From the IMG/VR virus record IMGVR_UViG_3300023184_000026, positions 62,001 through 126,000 of that record: a stretch of 64,000 bases of DNA. The stretch is one strand, 5' to 3'. Shown piece after piece: positions 37,216 to 46,294 of the stretch (position 1 is the stretch's first letter; every line of letters begins with the position of its first letter). The notes below the pieces were generated by a model that did no database searches, was not told the origin of the DNA, and worked only from the letters and a program-made list of their open reading frames with translations. Made by a program: the position numbers and the translations under genes.

Positions 37216-38201
37216 TAACTGCATTGGAAGAAAACCAATACAAAGAGCGTGATGTATCGTTATTGATACCAAAACTTAATATATTGACAAGAGAAGAGTT
37301 GCAGAAAATACCTATAGACCAATCCAAACCATTTTCATCCACCAGTGGAGCAACCGGTCAACCAGTATTTGTTCAAAAGTATATGGCACAGCATATATGG
37401 TATTGGGCAACCAATATGCGTGAACTAATTTGGAGAAAATGGGATACATCATTAAATTTGGCTGTAATCAATGCGACTGTAACAGAAGAAAAGATTACAC
37501 CTTGGCCGACAAATCCATATCTATTTACAAAAGGAGTTGGAAAGTGTTATATGCATCCAACGCGCGGAGACTTGCAAGGTTGGCTATATAGAATACAGCC
37601 AGATTATTTGCATACATATCCATCTATTATAGCCACACTTGATACATCTAAACTAAAAGATGTAAAATCAACAAGTGAAAGAGGCGGAACCAATTATAGT
37701 TCAGAAGAAGTTGGTACAATTGGATTAGAATGCCCAGACAATCCGGATGTATATCATATCATGGAGAACATTGTTATAGAAATCGTAGATGACAATGATA
37801 TCCTCGTCACAGACCTCACACATCCATATATAAAGAGATACAAAATTGGAGATAAAGGAGAGTTTGCTACTTGCAGTTGTGGAAGAAAATTACAAACCAT
37901 AAATCGTAATGTTATTGGTAGAATTCGTAATATGATAAAGTATCAAGATGGCACAACTGCGTGGCCATTGTTTGGCAGCAATACCATAAGAAATGCATGT
38001 GATACAATAAAAAGATTTCAATGTGTGCAAGAGTCATACACAGACATCACACTGAAGATTCAAGGAAATGTACCAGAAGATAAAATTGAAGATATAAAGA
38101 AATTGGTATTGAAAAGACTCAATCATCCATTCAATTTAAAAATAGAATTTGTAGAATCTTTTCCAGAAGGAAAATTTGAAGAGTTTGTTTGTAAGATATA
38201 A
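37182..38201 (+). CDS. Phenylacetate-CoA ligase/CapK-like adenylate-forming enzyme
   Basis: STSGATGQP, YSSEEVG, RYKIGD, CSCGR, IGR. Confidence 0.8.
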   Translation: MSDFHLEVYKLVTALEENQYKERDVSLLIPKLNILTREELQKIPIDQSKPFSSTSGATGQPVFVQKYMAQHIWYWATNMRELIWRKWDTSLNLAVINATVTEEKITPWPTNPYLFTKGVGKCYMHPTRGDLQGWLYRIQPDYLHTYPSIIATLDTSKLKDVKSTSERGGTNYSSEEVGTIGLECPDNPDVYHIMENIVIEIVDDNDILVTDLTHPYIKRYKIGDKGEFATCSCGRKLQTINRNVIGRIRNMIKYQDGTTAWPLFGSNTIRNACDTIKRFQCVQESYTDITLKIQGNVPEDKIEDIKKLVLKRLNHPFNLKIEFVESFPEGKFEEFVCKI

Positions 38202-38203
38202 AT

Positions 38204-38280
38204 GCATCTGTCGGCAATTGGATAGTCAACGTGGTTTCTACCCACATTTAGTGTCAGTTCAAATCTGACCAGATGCACCA
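38204..38280 (+). tRNA. tRNA-Arg(TCT)
   Basis: Loop TTTCTAC, CCA. Confidence 0.82.
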
Positions 38281-38428
38281 TTCTTCAACTTTATAAAACA
38301 TTATATAATAAGTATTTACTAACAACCACTTGACTTTTTATAAAAACTGGTTCATAGTTATGGTTGTTGGGGTTAGAATAGTCATATAACCTACGGGTCT
38401 GTGACTTTTATATGAAAGGATACATACT

Positions 38429-38503
38429 ATGCTCATTGCTATAGCATGTTACGCTGTTCTTGGCTTGATTGTCATTGCGGACGGCGATTATAACAGAAAA
38501 TAA
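38429..38503 (+). CDS. 24-aa hydrophobic peptide
   Basis: MLIAIACYAVLGLIVIADGDYNRK*; AAAGGA upstream; own promoter and terminator. Confidence 0.4.
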   Translation: MLIAIACYAVLGLIVIADGDYNRK

Positions 38504-38516
38504 ACAGAAAATCATA

Positions 38517-38548
38517 AGAGGGTGGACGAAAAATCCACCCTCTTTTTT
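38517..38548 (+). terminator. Intrinsic terminator
   Basis: AGAGGGTGGA...TCCACCCTCTTTTTT. Confidence 0.85.
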
Positions 38549-38570
38549 GTGCTTGTATATATTTATAAGC

Positions 38571-39425
38571 ATGATAAAATTGAAAGACATATTGGCAGAA
38601 GCCAAACTATACTCTTATTCTATAAAAGAAGTATTAGAGAAGTTTCTACAGTTTGATGGAAAAACAATGATACTGTTTGATACAGAAACAGTTGGTTTGG
38701 AGCCAAACACTTCATATATTCAACTCACACATATTGCTGCAATTGCATATGAAGGTTCTTCACTAAAAGAAATTGGAGAGTTTTCCAAAAAGGTAAATAT
38801 TGGTTCTGCTTTGAACAATGCATTGAATGATCCAAATAGTACAGAAGCAAAGCAGTTGAATAAAGAAATGAATAGAAGATTGAAAAAATATGGCAAGCCA
38901 GACTTGCATCCAAGAGATGCATTAAAAATGACTGGTTATGAAAATCCAAACGCAGAAAAGTTGGATGAAAAAGAAGCATTGATTCAATTTGAAAAATTCT
39001 TGAGTCAATTTGATAATGTTGTGATACTTGCTCACAATGCTACATTTGATATGAAATTCATTGAGGCTCGTAGAAAATTAAATGGATTGCCGCCAACAAA
39101 AAGATATCCAGTATTAGACACAGTAAACATATCACGATTTTTCTTTATACCAGCAATGCAAGCACTTGAAACAATACCAGAAGTTAAAACTATATTGGAT
39201 GGTTTGCTTGCCAAGACAAAATATAAAAGTTATAGTTCAAGTCTTGGAAAACTTGGTGCGGTGTTGGGAGTTAAAGTTGATGGTTGGCATGATGCTAAAG
39301 AAGATGTAAAAATGCTTATGCAAGTGCTTCAAAAAATGATTGAATTTCTGAAAGCAAACTCAACAACAGATATAAAAAAATATATAGCACCAGCAGCAAA
39401 AAGATTTCGGCAATCAAAATTCTAA
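38571..39425 (+). CDS. DEDDh 3'-5' exonuclease (DnaQ-like)
   Basis: FDTETVG, AHNATFD, LDT, HDAKED. Confidence 0.88.
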   Translation: MIKLKDILAEAKLYSYSIKEVLEKFLQFDGKTMILFDTETVGLEPNTSYIQLTHIAAIAYEGSSLKEIGEFSKKVNIGSALNNALNDPNSTEAKQLNKEMNRRLKKYGKPDLHPRDALKMTGYENPNAEKLDEKEALIQFEKFLSQFDNVVILAHNATFDMKFIEARRKLNGLPPTKRYPVLDTVNISRFFFIPAMQALETIPEVKTILDGLLAKTKYKSYSSSLGKLGAVLGVKVDGWHDAKEDVKMLMQVLQKMIEFLKANSTTDIKKYIAPAAKRFRQSKF

Positions 39426-39442
39426 ATATAAATATAAATATT

Positions 39443-39782
39443 ATGGCTAATAACAATACATACACATGGCAGTTTCCAGCATTGGAAGTAACAAAACAAC
39501 AAGGCGATTATACAGACGTAGTTTATACTATTCACTGGCGTCTAAACGGGGGCAGATCAAACATCATCACATTCTATAGAATTATATGGCGCGCAATCTG
39601 TTGCACCATATAGTCCAGATAGTGGTTCTTTCATACCATATGACCAACTAACCAAAGAAACCGTGACAGAATGGACGATTAGTTCTATGGGAGAAAGATA
39701 TGGACAACTAACATCCAGTATTGATACATCAATATATGCAATGATAAATCCAACGACACAACAACTAGCTCCACCTTGGTAA
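39443..39782 (+). pseudogene. Conserved-looking phage protein with +1 frameshift in a G5 run
   Basis: MANNNTYTWQF...DVVYTIHWRLNG continues as ADQ...FIPYDQLTKETVTEW...NPTTQQLAPPW* only if one G at 39548-39552 is removed. Confidence 0.7.
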
Positions 39783-39804
39783 TAACAACCAATTGATTTC
39801 AATA

Positions 39805-39836
39805 AAAAACCCACCGAAAGGTGGGTTTTGTTTTTT
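39805..39836. terminator. Bidirectional terminator
   Basis: AAAAACCCACC-GAAA-GGTGGGTTT, same core as 13284. Confidence 0.85.
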
Positions 39837-40548
39837 ACATTAGATACGGCAGATATGCTCTGCGAAGAACATCATTTGCATATTTATGATCAAATTCATA
39901 TTTGAATTTACGATCTTCATATGCTTTCTTCAATTCTATTTCATAATTGTCGGCAAGAAAGTTTAGCTGTTCCGCTGTGTATGTTTCTGGTTGAGTTTTT
40001 ACCATCATAAGAAAAGCATGAACATTTGTGTCATATTGCTTTATATTGACAGGAAAATAACCTTTTTCAAACAATGCTTTGCCGCAGCTGGCTAGTCTAA
40101 AAAGCTGTGTGAAGTTCTTTGGACTAAAACCATACTTATCAAGGTGAGCCTTGCGTTTGCTGCCAAGTTGACCTGTGCGTTCACCGTTGGCAAGACGCCG
40201 TTCACCCTGCATATAACCAAGCAGGCATCTAAACATCTTGTCTGTGTCAACAAACTTTAACTTGTTTGTTTGTATTTCTTCAAATATATCACTTGTTTCA
40301 AGCAAGTTGTCGGAGAAAAGTATTTCAAGTGCACCTGTATTACCATTACGAAGAAGCTCAAAAAACTTACGAACTTCATAATAAACTATGTCATCTGTTT
40401 CTTGCTTTTGTATATGATCCATACGCTCCAAACCAAGTATTTTGGATGGATCTGTATTTATGAACACACCTCTATAATCAAGATCAGACTCAGGAGTGTT
40501 GAGTCCATATGCTGTGCTGCCTCCCAAAGCTTTTACTAGCATTTTCAT
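39835..40548 (-). CDS. Pol-beta-superfamily nucleotidyltransferase (RNA-repair associated type)
   Basis: GSTAYGLNTPESDLDYRGVF motif. Confidence 0.85.
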   Translation of the reverse strand: MKMLVKALGGSTAYGLNTPESDLDYRGVFINTDPSKILGLERMDHIQKQETDDIVYYEVRKFFELLRNGNTGALEILFSDNLLETSDIFEEIQTNKLKFVDTDKMFRCLLGYMQGERRLANGERTGQLGSKRKAHLDKYGFSPKNFTQLFRLASCGKALFEKGYFPVNIKQYDTNVHAFLMMVKTQPETYTAEQLNFLADNYEIELKKAYEDRKFKYEFDHKYANDVLRRAYLPYLM

Positions 40549-40624
40549 AATTATATATTTAACAAAAAGTAGTGTTTTGTCAATATTATTCTATATTTAT
40601 AAATGAACTTATTATATAAAAATT

Positions 40625-41308
40625 ATGGCAACAACAACATTCTATAAATCTGGAACATTTTCTGTTACAGGATCAACATCAATCGGTGTTTCTTGCTGGG
40701 GAGCCGGTGGAAATGGAAATTCAAACGGCAAAGGGGGGTCTGGTGGAGCATATGCAGCAAAGACCCTTACAATTCAATCTGGATCATATATAGTAAATGT
40801 TGGGCAAGTAAATACCGATATATTTGGCAACGGTGGAGCATCGAGCTTCACATCCGCAAGCGTAATCGTGGTCAGGGCTGGAGGCGGAAGATCCGACGGA
40901 ACAATAACGGGGCAATCATCATTAAATACCGGTAGCACGAAATATACCGGTGGTATTGGTGGAACATTTGCTGAAAATTATGGAAACTACGGCGGTGCCG
41001 GTGGTGGTTCTGCCGCAGGTGGAATTGGTAATGGAGCTGCCGGTGCAAATGGATCTGATACAGGAGCTTCTTTTCCGCAATTCGGCCATTCATTAACGGG
41101 ATCTCTCGGTGCGTCCGGCGCAGCATCGGGTGGAGGAAATGGTGGAAATGCCGCATATTATTACGCAGGCACCGATTCTAGACTTATTAACGCAACCGAT
41201 GGAGATGTTCCAGGCGGCGGCGGTGGTGGTGGGTATTCTGGAGAAACCAGCGTGTCTGTTAAAACCGAAGGTTTTGGTGGATCAGGCATGGTCACAGTTT
41301 CTTGGTGA
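40625..41308 (+). CDS. Glycine-rich protein (virion/tail-associated type)
   Basis: WGAGG, GGSGGAY, PGGGGGG, GGSGMV.VSW. Confidence 0.7.
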   Translation: MATTTFYKSGTFSVTGSTSIGVSCWGAGGNGNSNGKGGSGGAYAAKTLTIQSGSYIVNVGQVNTDIFGNGGASSFTSASVIVVRAGGGRSDGTITGQSSLNTGSTKYTGGIGGTFAENYGNYGGAGGGSAAGGIGNGAAGANGSDTGASFPQFGHSLTGSLGASGAASGGGNGGNAAYYYAGTDSRLINATDGDVPGGGGGGGYSGETSVSVKTEGFGGSGMVTVSW

Positions 41309-41335
41309 TAATAAAATTATATAACTGTATAAACA

Positions 41336-41362
41336 AAAAACCCCGCAAATCGCGGGGTTTTT
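41336..41362 (+). terminator. Intrinsic terminator
   Basis: AAAAACCCCGC-AAATC-GCGGGGTTTTT. Confidence 0.8.
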
Positions 41363-41406
41363 TATTATAAATATAGTTATAAATTGAACCAAAGATTATA
41401 TACATT

Positions 41407-42897
41407 ATGAAACAATCAAGAAGAAGCTTTCTAGGCTTAGGAGCAATGGGATTACTTGGATTGAATATGCAAGGGGCTGAAAAAAAGCCTCTTGAATTTT
41501 GCAATCCAAATGACGTGCCACAATTTGTGTTTGGCAATGAACCAATGAGAACTCGCAAGAGTTTTTATGATCTAACCGATGAAGAACTACAGACATTATG
41601 CAAGGCTGTAGATTATATGCGTAACAAGCTTCCACGTGAAGCGCCAACAAGTTGGGAGACATATACTCGCATACACTACAAACACTGCACTGCGTTTGAT
41701 GCTGACCATCCACAAGTTCATTGGGGTGATCATTTTCTTCCTTGGCACCGTGGTTATTTATTTTTCCTCGAACGCTTGTTGGGAAATTCTTTGAATCAAC
41801 TGGGTCTTGATGGTAACAAGTTTGCTTTTCCATATTGGGATTGGATCAACCACAAAGAAATGCCAAATACAAAATTCCGTGAGTTGAAGGGGCTAGGGAG
41901 TCCATTGTTTGGTTATGACCTAATACAACAAAATATGGTGGCTGGCGACAATCTTGGTTTTGATAATCTTGCGTTATACGATGGAAACCGTGGTCCTACA
42001 CTTGAAAAGAGTAAAATAGACCCCGCCAACGAAACGCAGCAAGATTCTAAAGATCACGTCGCCGAATGCCTTGGTTATATGAGCAAAGAGTATGTTGACT
42101 TGATGCTGACTACTCCTTGGGAGCAATTTGGAGGAAAGCCCGGTATTGATCGTAAGACTGGTCAAGGATTGGTTGAAGCCGGTGCCCACAATGACGGTCA
42201 CGACTGGGTTGGAACAAGATATGGATGCAACAGAACAATGGGTACGCTGCGCTATGCCGCAGACGATCCTATTTTCTTTATGCACCACTGCAACTTGGAT
42301 AGAATATTCTCGTTGTATAAGAATCCAATCCCAGATATCAATGGACCATGGGGCCAACAAAGATATGTGTTCCCTGATTTGAATGGTTCGCCCGTAAGCG
42401 TATCGGTCAAAGATATTATGCTATGGACTCAAACGGTATCATATCAAGCACCGCAAACAAGCAAAGCGAAGCTAGGTGCATCTAAAGCATTAAAGAATGC
42501 TGCGTCTGTTACGATTCCTGTAAACAAATCGACGGTATCTAAAGCAGGGTTGAGTGTTTCAATTGAGCCTTCTGTAAGCCTGAAAAACTTGATCAATAAA
42601 GGTCTTGAGTCTGGTACATCAATTCTTGAAATTGAAACCGGACCAATATCTCATGCTGGCCGCGCCACGATCAAAGTTTATATTGGTAAAAAATATATAG
42701 GAAGAATCAAGATAATGGACGGAGATCCAAGCACAACAAATCCAGACGCTTCGCATACATTTGTGATGACACTTGGACAATTGGGTAAGATTTCCGAGGC
42801 AATTCCAGTTGCGTATAAATTCGATGTGAATTTTTATGCGTATGGCATAAGCCAAGATGTGCTAATAAGAAACTTAAAGTTCAGTGTAATGAAATAA
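41407..42897 (+). CDS. Tat-exported tyrosinase/polyphenol oxidase
   Basis: SRRSFLG twin-arginine; CuA H..HC...QVHW..HFLPWHRGYL; CuB HNDGH...DPIFFMHHCNLDR. Confidence 0.9.
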   Translation: MKQSRRSFLGLGAMGLLGLNMQGAEKKPLEFCNPNDVPQFVFGNEPMRTRKSFYDLTDEELQTLCKAVDYMRNKLPREAPTSWETYTRIHYKHCTAFDADHPQVHWGDHFLPWHRGYLFFLERLLGNSLNQLGLDGNKFAFPYWDWINHKEMPNTKFRELKGLGSPLFGYDLIQQNMVAGDNLGFDNLALYDGNRGPTLEKSKIDPANETQQDSKDHVAECLGYMSKEYVDLMLTTPWEQFGGKPGIDRKTGQGLVEAGAHNDGHDWVGTRYGCNRTMGTLRYAADDPIFFMHHCNLDRIFSLYKNPIPDINGPWGQQRYVFPDLNGSPVSVSVKDIMLWTQTVSYQAPQTSKAKLGASKALKNAASVTIPVNKSTVSKAGLSVSIEPSVSLKNLINKGLESGTSILEIETGPISHAGRATIKVYIGKKYIGRIKIMDGDPSTTNPDASHTFVMTLGQLGKISEAIPVAYKFDVNFYAYGISQDVLIRNLKFSVMK

Positions 42898-42900
42898 AAC

Positions 42901-42931
42901 AAAAAACCCCGCGAATAGCGGGGTTTCTTTT
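42901..42931. terminator. Bidirectional terminator
   Basis: AAAAAACCCCGC-GAATA-GCGGGGTTT. Confidence 0.8.
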
Positions 42932-43431
42932 TAGTTGGCATCGAGGCGATATACTATTACATCGTTTGGATAGTCATCAAACGCCACTTCAATAAGCCGA
43001 GAAACAATGTCCCAATTTCCACCTCCGCGAAAACTACCCATTTTATAAGGAAATCCAACAGATGGAACGGGCAGGTCCATATCATTTTCTGTCAAATCAT
43101 CCGCCATACCCTCAAGTGCAGAATACAAAGCATCATAATTGGTTTGTCTTGTACCTTTACCATAAAGATTTTGACCATACAAGTTATAGATACGAGAAAT
43201 AGAACTTATATCGTTATTGACCGGAATATAACCTACGGAAAATCTACCCAAAGTGTTTACATTCGCCCTCGCGGCACTGCAATCTGCTTCGTATGCAACT
43301 GGATACATTTCACGAATAGCGCGAGCAATGCCACTGCCAAAAGTATTTTGACAATTGGCTTGATGGGCACAACACCCTATTTCACGCGATGTTAGTAAAT
43401 TACCCTCTCTATAAATTAGATTTTTCATCAC
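42931..43431 (-). CDS. Macro-domain protein (ADP-ribose processing)
   Basis: HQANC...FGSGIA, NLYGQ, FPYKMGS..GGGNW. Confidence 0.85.
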   Translation of the reverse strand: MMKNLIYREGNLLTSREIGCCAHQANCQNTFGSGIARAIREMYPVAYEADCSAARANVNTLGRFSVGYIPVNNDISSISRIYNLYGQNLYGKGTRQTNYDALYSALEGMADDLTENDMDLPVPSVGFPYKMGSFRGGGNWDIVSRLIEVAFDDYPNDVIVYRLDAN

Positions 43432-43504
43432 AATATTCTTGCTAAAAAAATAAAAAAGTCAAGACTTATTTTATATCACTTTTGTTAGATTTTATAATAT
43501 TTAT

Positions 43505-43957
43505 ATGTATATGACAATGATACCCGGCCCAAACAATGAAATGATAACAGCATCAATTGCACCTGCTTATGGCAGCACTGCAAACTATTATCAAGGTACA
43601 CAAGGTAAAAAAACAATAGCTACCGGAGGCACATTTCCAAAGACTGTTGTAAGTGGTAGCATTACCACATACGGCAATCCTGTATTGATTATGTGCTCTG
43701 GTGATGCAAATCCATCCGCCGGTGGCACTTATGGTGTTATTCAATTATATAGAGGATCAACAGCATTATGCCAAACGATTCAATATGAAAGCTCTGATGC
43801 AAATGAGAATGTTCCATATAACATCAGTTGCATAGATCCTGTTTCAGCGGGTACATATACATATTATATGAAAGTAAATGAAATGGCTGGCGGAAACACC
43901 GATTTCGGAGAATCTTCTAGCCCAAACTTTATCTTGACTGAACTAAGTCGAGTATAA
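43505..43957 (+). CDS. Hypothetical beta-rich protein
   Basis: DPVSAGTYTY motif typical of fibre-tip-like domains (inference). Confidence 0.6.
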   Translation: MYMTMIPGPNNEMITASIAPAYGSTANYYQGTQGKKTIATGGTFPKTVVSGSITTYGNPVLIMCSGDANPSAGGTYGVIQLYRGSTALCQTIQYESSDANENVPYNISCIDPVSAGTYTYYMKVNEMAGGNTDFGESSSPNFILTELSRV

Positions 43958-43958
43958 C

Positions 43959-43989
43959 AAAAAACCCCACTTTTCGGTGGGGTTTTTCT
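43959..43989. terminator. Bidirectional terminator
   Basis: AAAAAACCCCAC-TTTTCG-GTGGGGTTTTT. Confidence 0.8.
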
Positions 43990-43990
43990 T

Positions 43991-44638
43991 TTACATATCT
44001 GGACTATGATGGTCTGGCGATTTTGTTTTGCGAGGATTTAGTTCGCGCACAATCTCATTCCATTCCACTGGACGTTTCATCCATTCCCAACCTACATCTA
44101 TTCTATAAAGACTAGTATCTTCTTTTAGATTACGGTGACAATGACCGTGGATATGATAGGCGTCTTTAGATAAATGATTCCAAGATGCGATGGGATAATG
44201 ATCCAAGATAACAGCCCTGCCATCAATAAAGATTTCAGCTCTGTGACCAAGGAATGTAAATGGACTGTTTGGATAATTCAATGGATATATTTCTATATCA
44301 TCAGCAAGCAAACCAACTTCGCCGCGACATTCATCATACATTTGTTGAATACCTGCGTTATGATTACCCCAAATAAAATATTGATGCTTGCAAGGTAGAT
44401 ATACAATTCGTTTAGCATATTCCAATGAGTTTGGTCCGGCACCAATAACAACATCGCCAAGATTGAACACAATATCATTTGGTCCAATCATCTTGAGCAT
44501 TTCATGAGTATGAGAGTATGCTTCATTGACATTTTGATAATTTCGTGGACCAAGAATAAATGGTTTGTCGTGACCCAGATGCAAGTCACTCACAAACCAA
44601 ATCTTTTGGTCAATTGATTTTAGACTAATTTTCTTCAT
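43991..44638 (-). CDS. Calcineurin-like metallophosphoesterase
   Basis: SDLHLGH, LGD, GNH, HYP, HGHCH, DVG. Confidence 0.9.
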   Translation of the reverse strand: MKKISLKSIDQKIWFVSDLHLGHDKPFILGPRNYQNVNEAYSHTHEMLKMIGPNDIVFNLGDVVIGAGPNSLEYAKRIVYLPCKHQYFIWGNHNAGIQQMYDECRGEVGLLADDIEIYPLNYPNSPFTFLGHRAEIFIDGRAVILDHYPIASWNHLSKDAYHIHGHCHRNLKEDTSLYRIDVGWEWMKRPVEWNEIVRELNPRKTKSPDHHSPDM

Positions 44639-44997
44639 TTTCTGCTTTTCTTGTATGATTCAATATAACTACGAATGTTCTCTCTGCCAATAGGATTCAT
44701 ACTGTGAACTTGATAATCAGGAAATTCCAGATTATTGTTCATACAATATTCAACAATCCATTTGCAGCAATCATAGCCAGTTTTTTCTTTGTATTTATCA
44801 TAATTTGGAACACCAACAATATAATGTTCAAGTCCCAAATCGTGATCAAATGAAACAAACGATGGCAAACCATTTTGCATGATATATTTTACAAAATCAT
44901 CATAATTTCTCGCTATAATCCAAGGACCAAGCGGCATTTTTACCCAACTAACATTTTTTGGCAGACGTTCATCGTCAAGAAATAATTTATACATCAT
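44635..44997 (-). CDS. Cyclic-phosphate-processing receiver-domain protein
   Basis: LFLDDER, SFDHDLG, TGYD, HSMNP.G. Confidence 0.8.
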   Translation of the reverse strand: MMYKLFLDDERLPKNVSWVKMPLGPWIIARNYDDFVKYIMQNGLPSFVSFDHDLGLEHYIVGVPNYDKYKEKTGYDCCKWIVEYCMNNNLEFPDYQVHSMNPIGRENIRSYIESYKKSRK

Positions 44998-45199
44998 TTC
45001 ATGATATCTAAATTATATACAATGTCAAGAGTTTATATGATTGCATTGTTGTAACTATCCAAGTATTTGTCTATCATCAGATTTGCTACTCTTGTACCAG
45101 CTTTATTATTGGTCTTCTCAAAGTGCTCTTTCTTTTTACTCCAATATTCCAAATCTTTTTTGATTTGTTCTTTGGTATAAGATATAGTGTTATCTGTTT

Positions 45200-45478
45200 T
45201 CATTGCAATCTTCCTCCACCAACCAATACATTTCTAAGTGTGCTAGACTGTCCTTTACGACTAGTCTTGGCTTTAAAATCGGCAAATGTGTCTGGCAACA
45301 TAACTTGCAGAAATCCAGCCGTTTTGTGCTCATATACTTGAGCACCCATATATTTTGATTGTGATACACCACGCTTTGCACAACATAGGCAAACACGCAA
45401 ACCAAGTTCGGCTCGTGCGTCTTCAATATACTCAGAGCAGCAACTGCAAGGATTTTTATATAGAGTAAAACCATTCAT
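45200..45478 (-). CDS. C4 zinc-finger protein (DksA/TraR-like finger)
   Basis: CSCC..I...R...G..VCLCC. Confidence 0.6.
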   Translation of the reverse strand: MNGFTLYKNPCSCCSEYIEDARAELGLRVCLCCAKRGVSQSKYMGAQVYEHKTAGFLQVMLPDTFADFKAKTSRKGQSSTLRNVLVGGGRLQ

Positions 45479-45613
45479 ATACCGAAAATATTAGAGTAAG
45501 TATATAAAAAGTCAAGTGAAAAAGACATTTTTTAAAAATTGTTTAAAATAAAAAACATTGACAGCGGCATATAATGTGATACTTATAGTAGCAGTTCTTT
45601 GATATCAATTTTG

Positions 45614-45785
45614 AAACATGTAGGGTAGTTTAAAGGACCGCTGTTTAGGAAACTCGCGGTCATTCTTCCAAGACAACATAGTAGGCATCAAGTTTCTTGT
45701 TTAAAAGCCGAAGTCGTGAAGATAGGACGAATTCCCCAAATGGAACTCCGGTATCAGATGCCCGAACTCTGGTCCCTACATGTTT
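45614..45785 (+). ncRNA. Unknown structured RNA upstream of tmRNA
   Basis: 12-bp closing stem AAACATGTAGGG/CCCTACATGTTT; internal GACCGC/GCGGTC. Confidence 0.5.
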
Positions 45786-45794
45786 TCTTTTCAT

Positions 45795-46185
45795 GGGCGT
45801 GTTATGGATTCTACTTTATAATGTAGGTTTAAGCCGCAAGCACAGAGTCTAATGTCTCTGTATAATACCCGTTGGAAAACATAAATGCTAAGAGAAATCT
45901 TGCAAAGGTGTCTTTTCTTTCTGTTCGCAAGAACAGCGGAGCCGAGACACTTGTCGCAGCCTAATAAAATAGGCTGTCCGTTGTCCTTGTGACACAGATA
46001 ACAAGTCAACAACGTTCATCATCTGGCCGTTTGTGCAAGATAGAAGATGGTAGCACAAATCAAATACTAAACTTCAACTTCAATGTGGTGCTCTACCAAA
46101 CATTGATGTATTATAAGAGATAAGCTTGTATATGTTTAGATGTATGTTATATAGCACGCGGATTCGACTTCCGCCACGTCCACCA
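45795..46185 (+). ncRNA. ssrA: tmRNA
   Basis: 5' GGGCGTG..GGATTCTAC; G3:U70 acceptor, T arm and ACCA end; tag ORF 45887-45964 (A)AKRNLAKVSFLSVRKNSGAETLVAA*. Confidence 0.92.
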
Positions 46186-46294
46186 TTTTATTATATATAT
46201 ATGTAGAAAATTTTCTTGACTGAAAGGTTTTCTGGTATATAGTTATTCATACTTTACAAACTGTGAAGTATTAAAACAATAATATATAATATAT

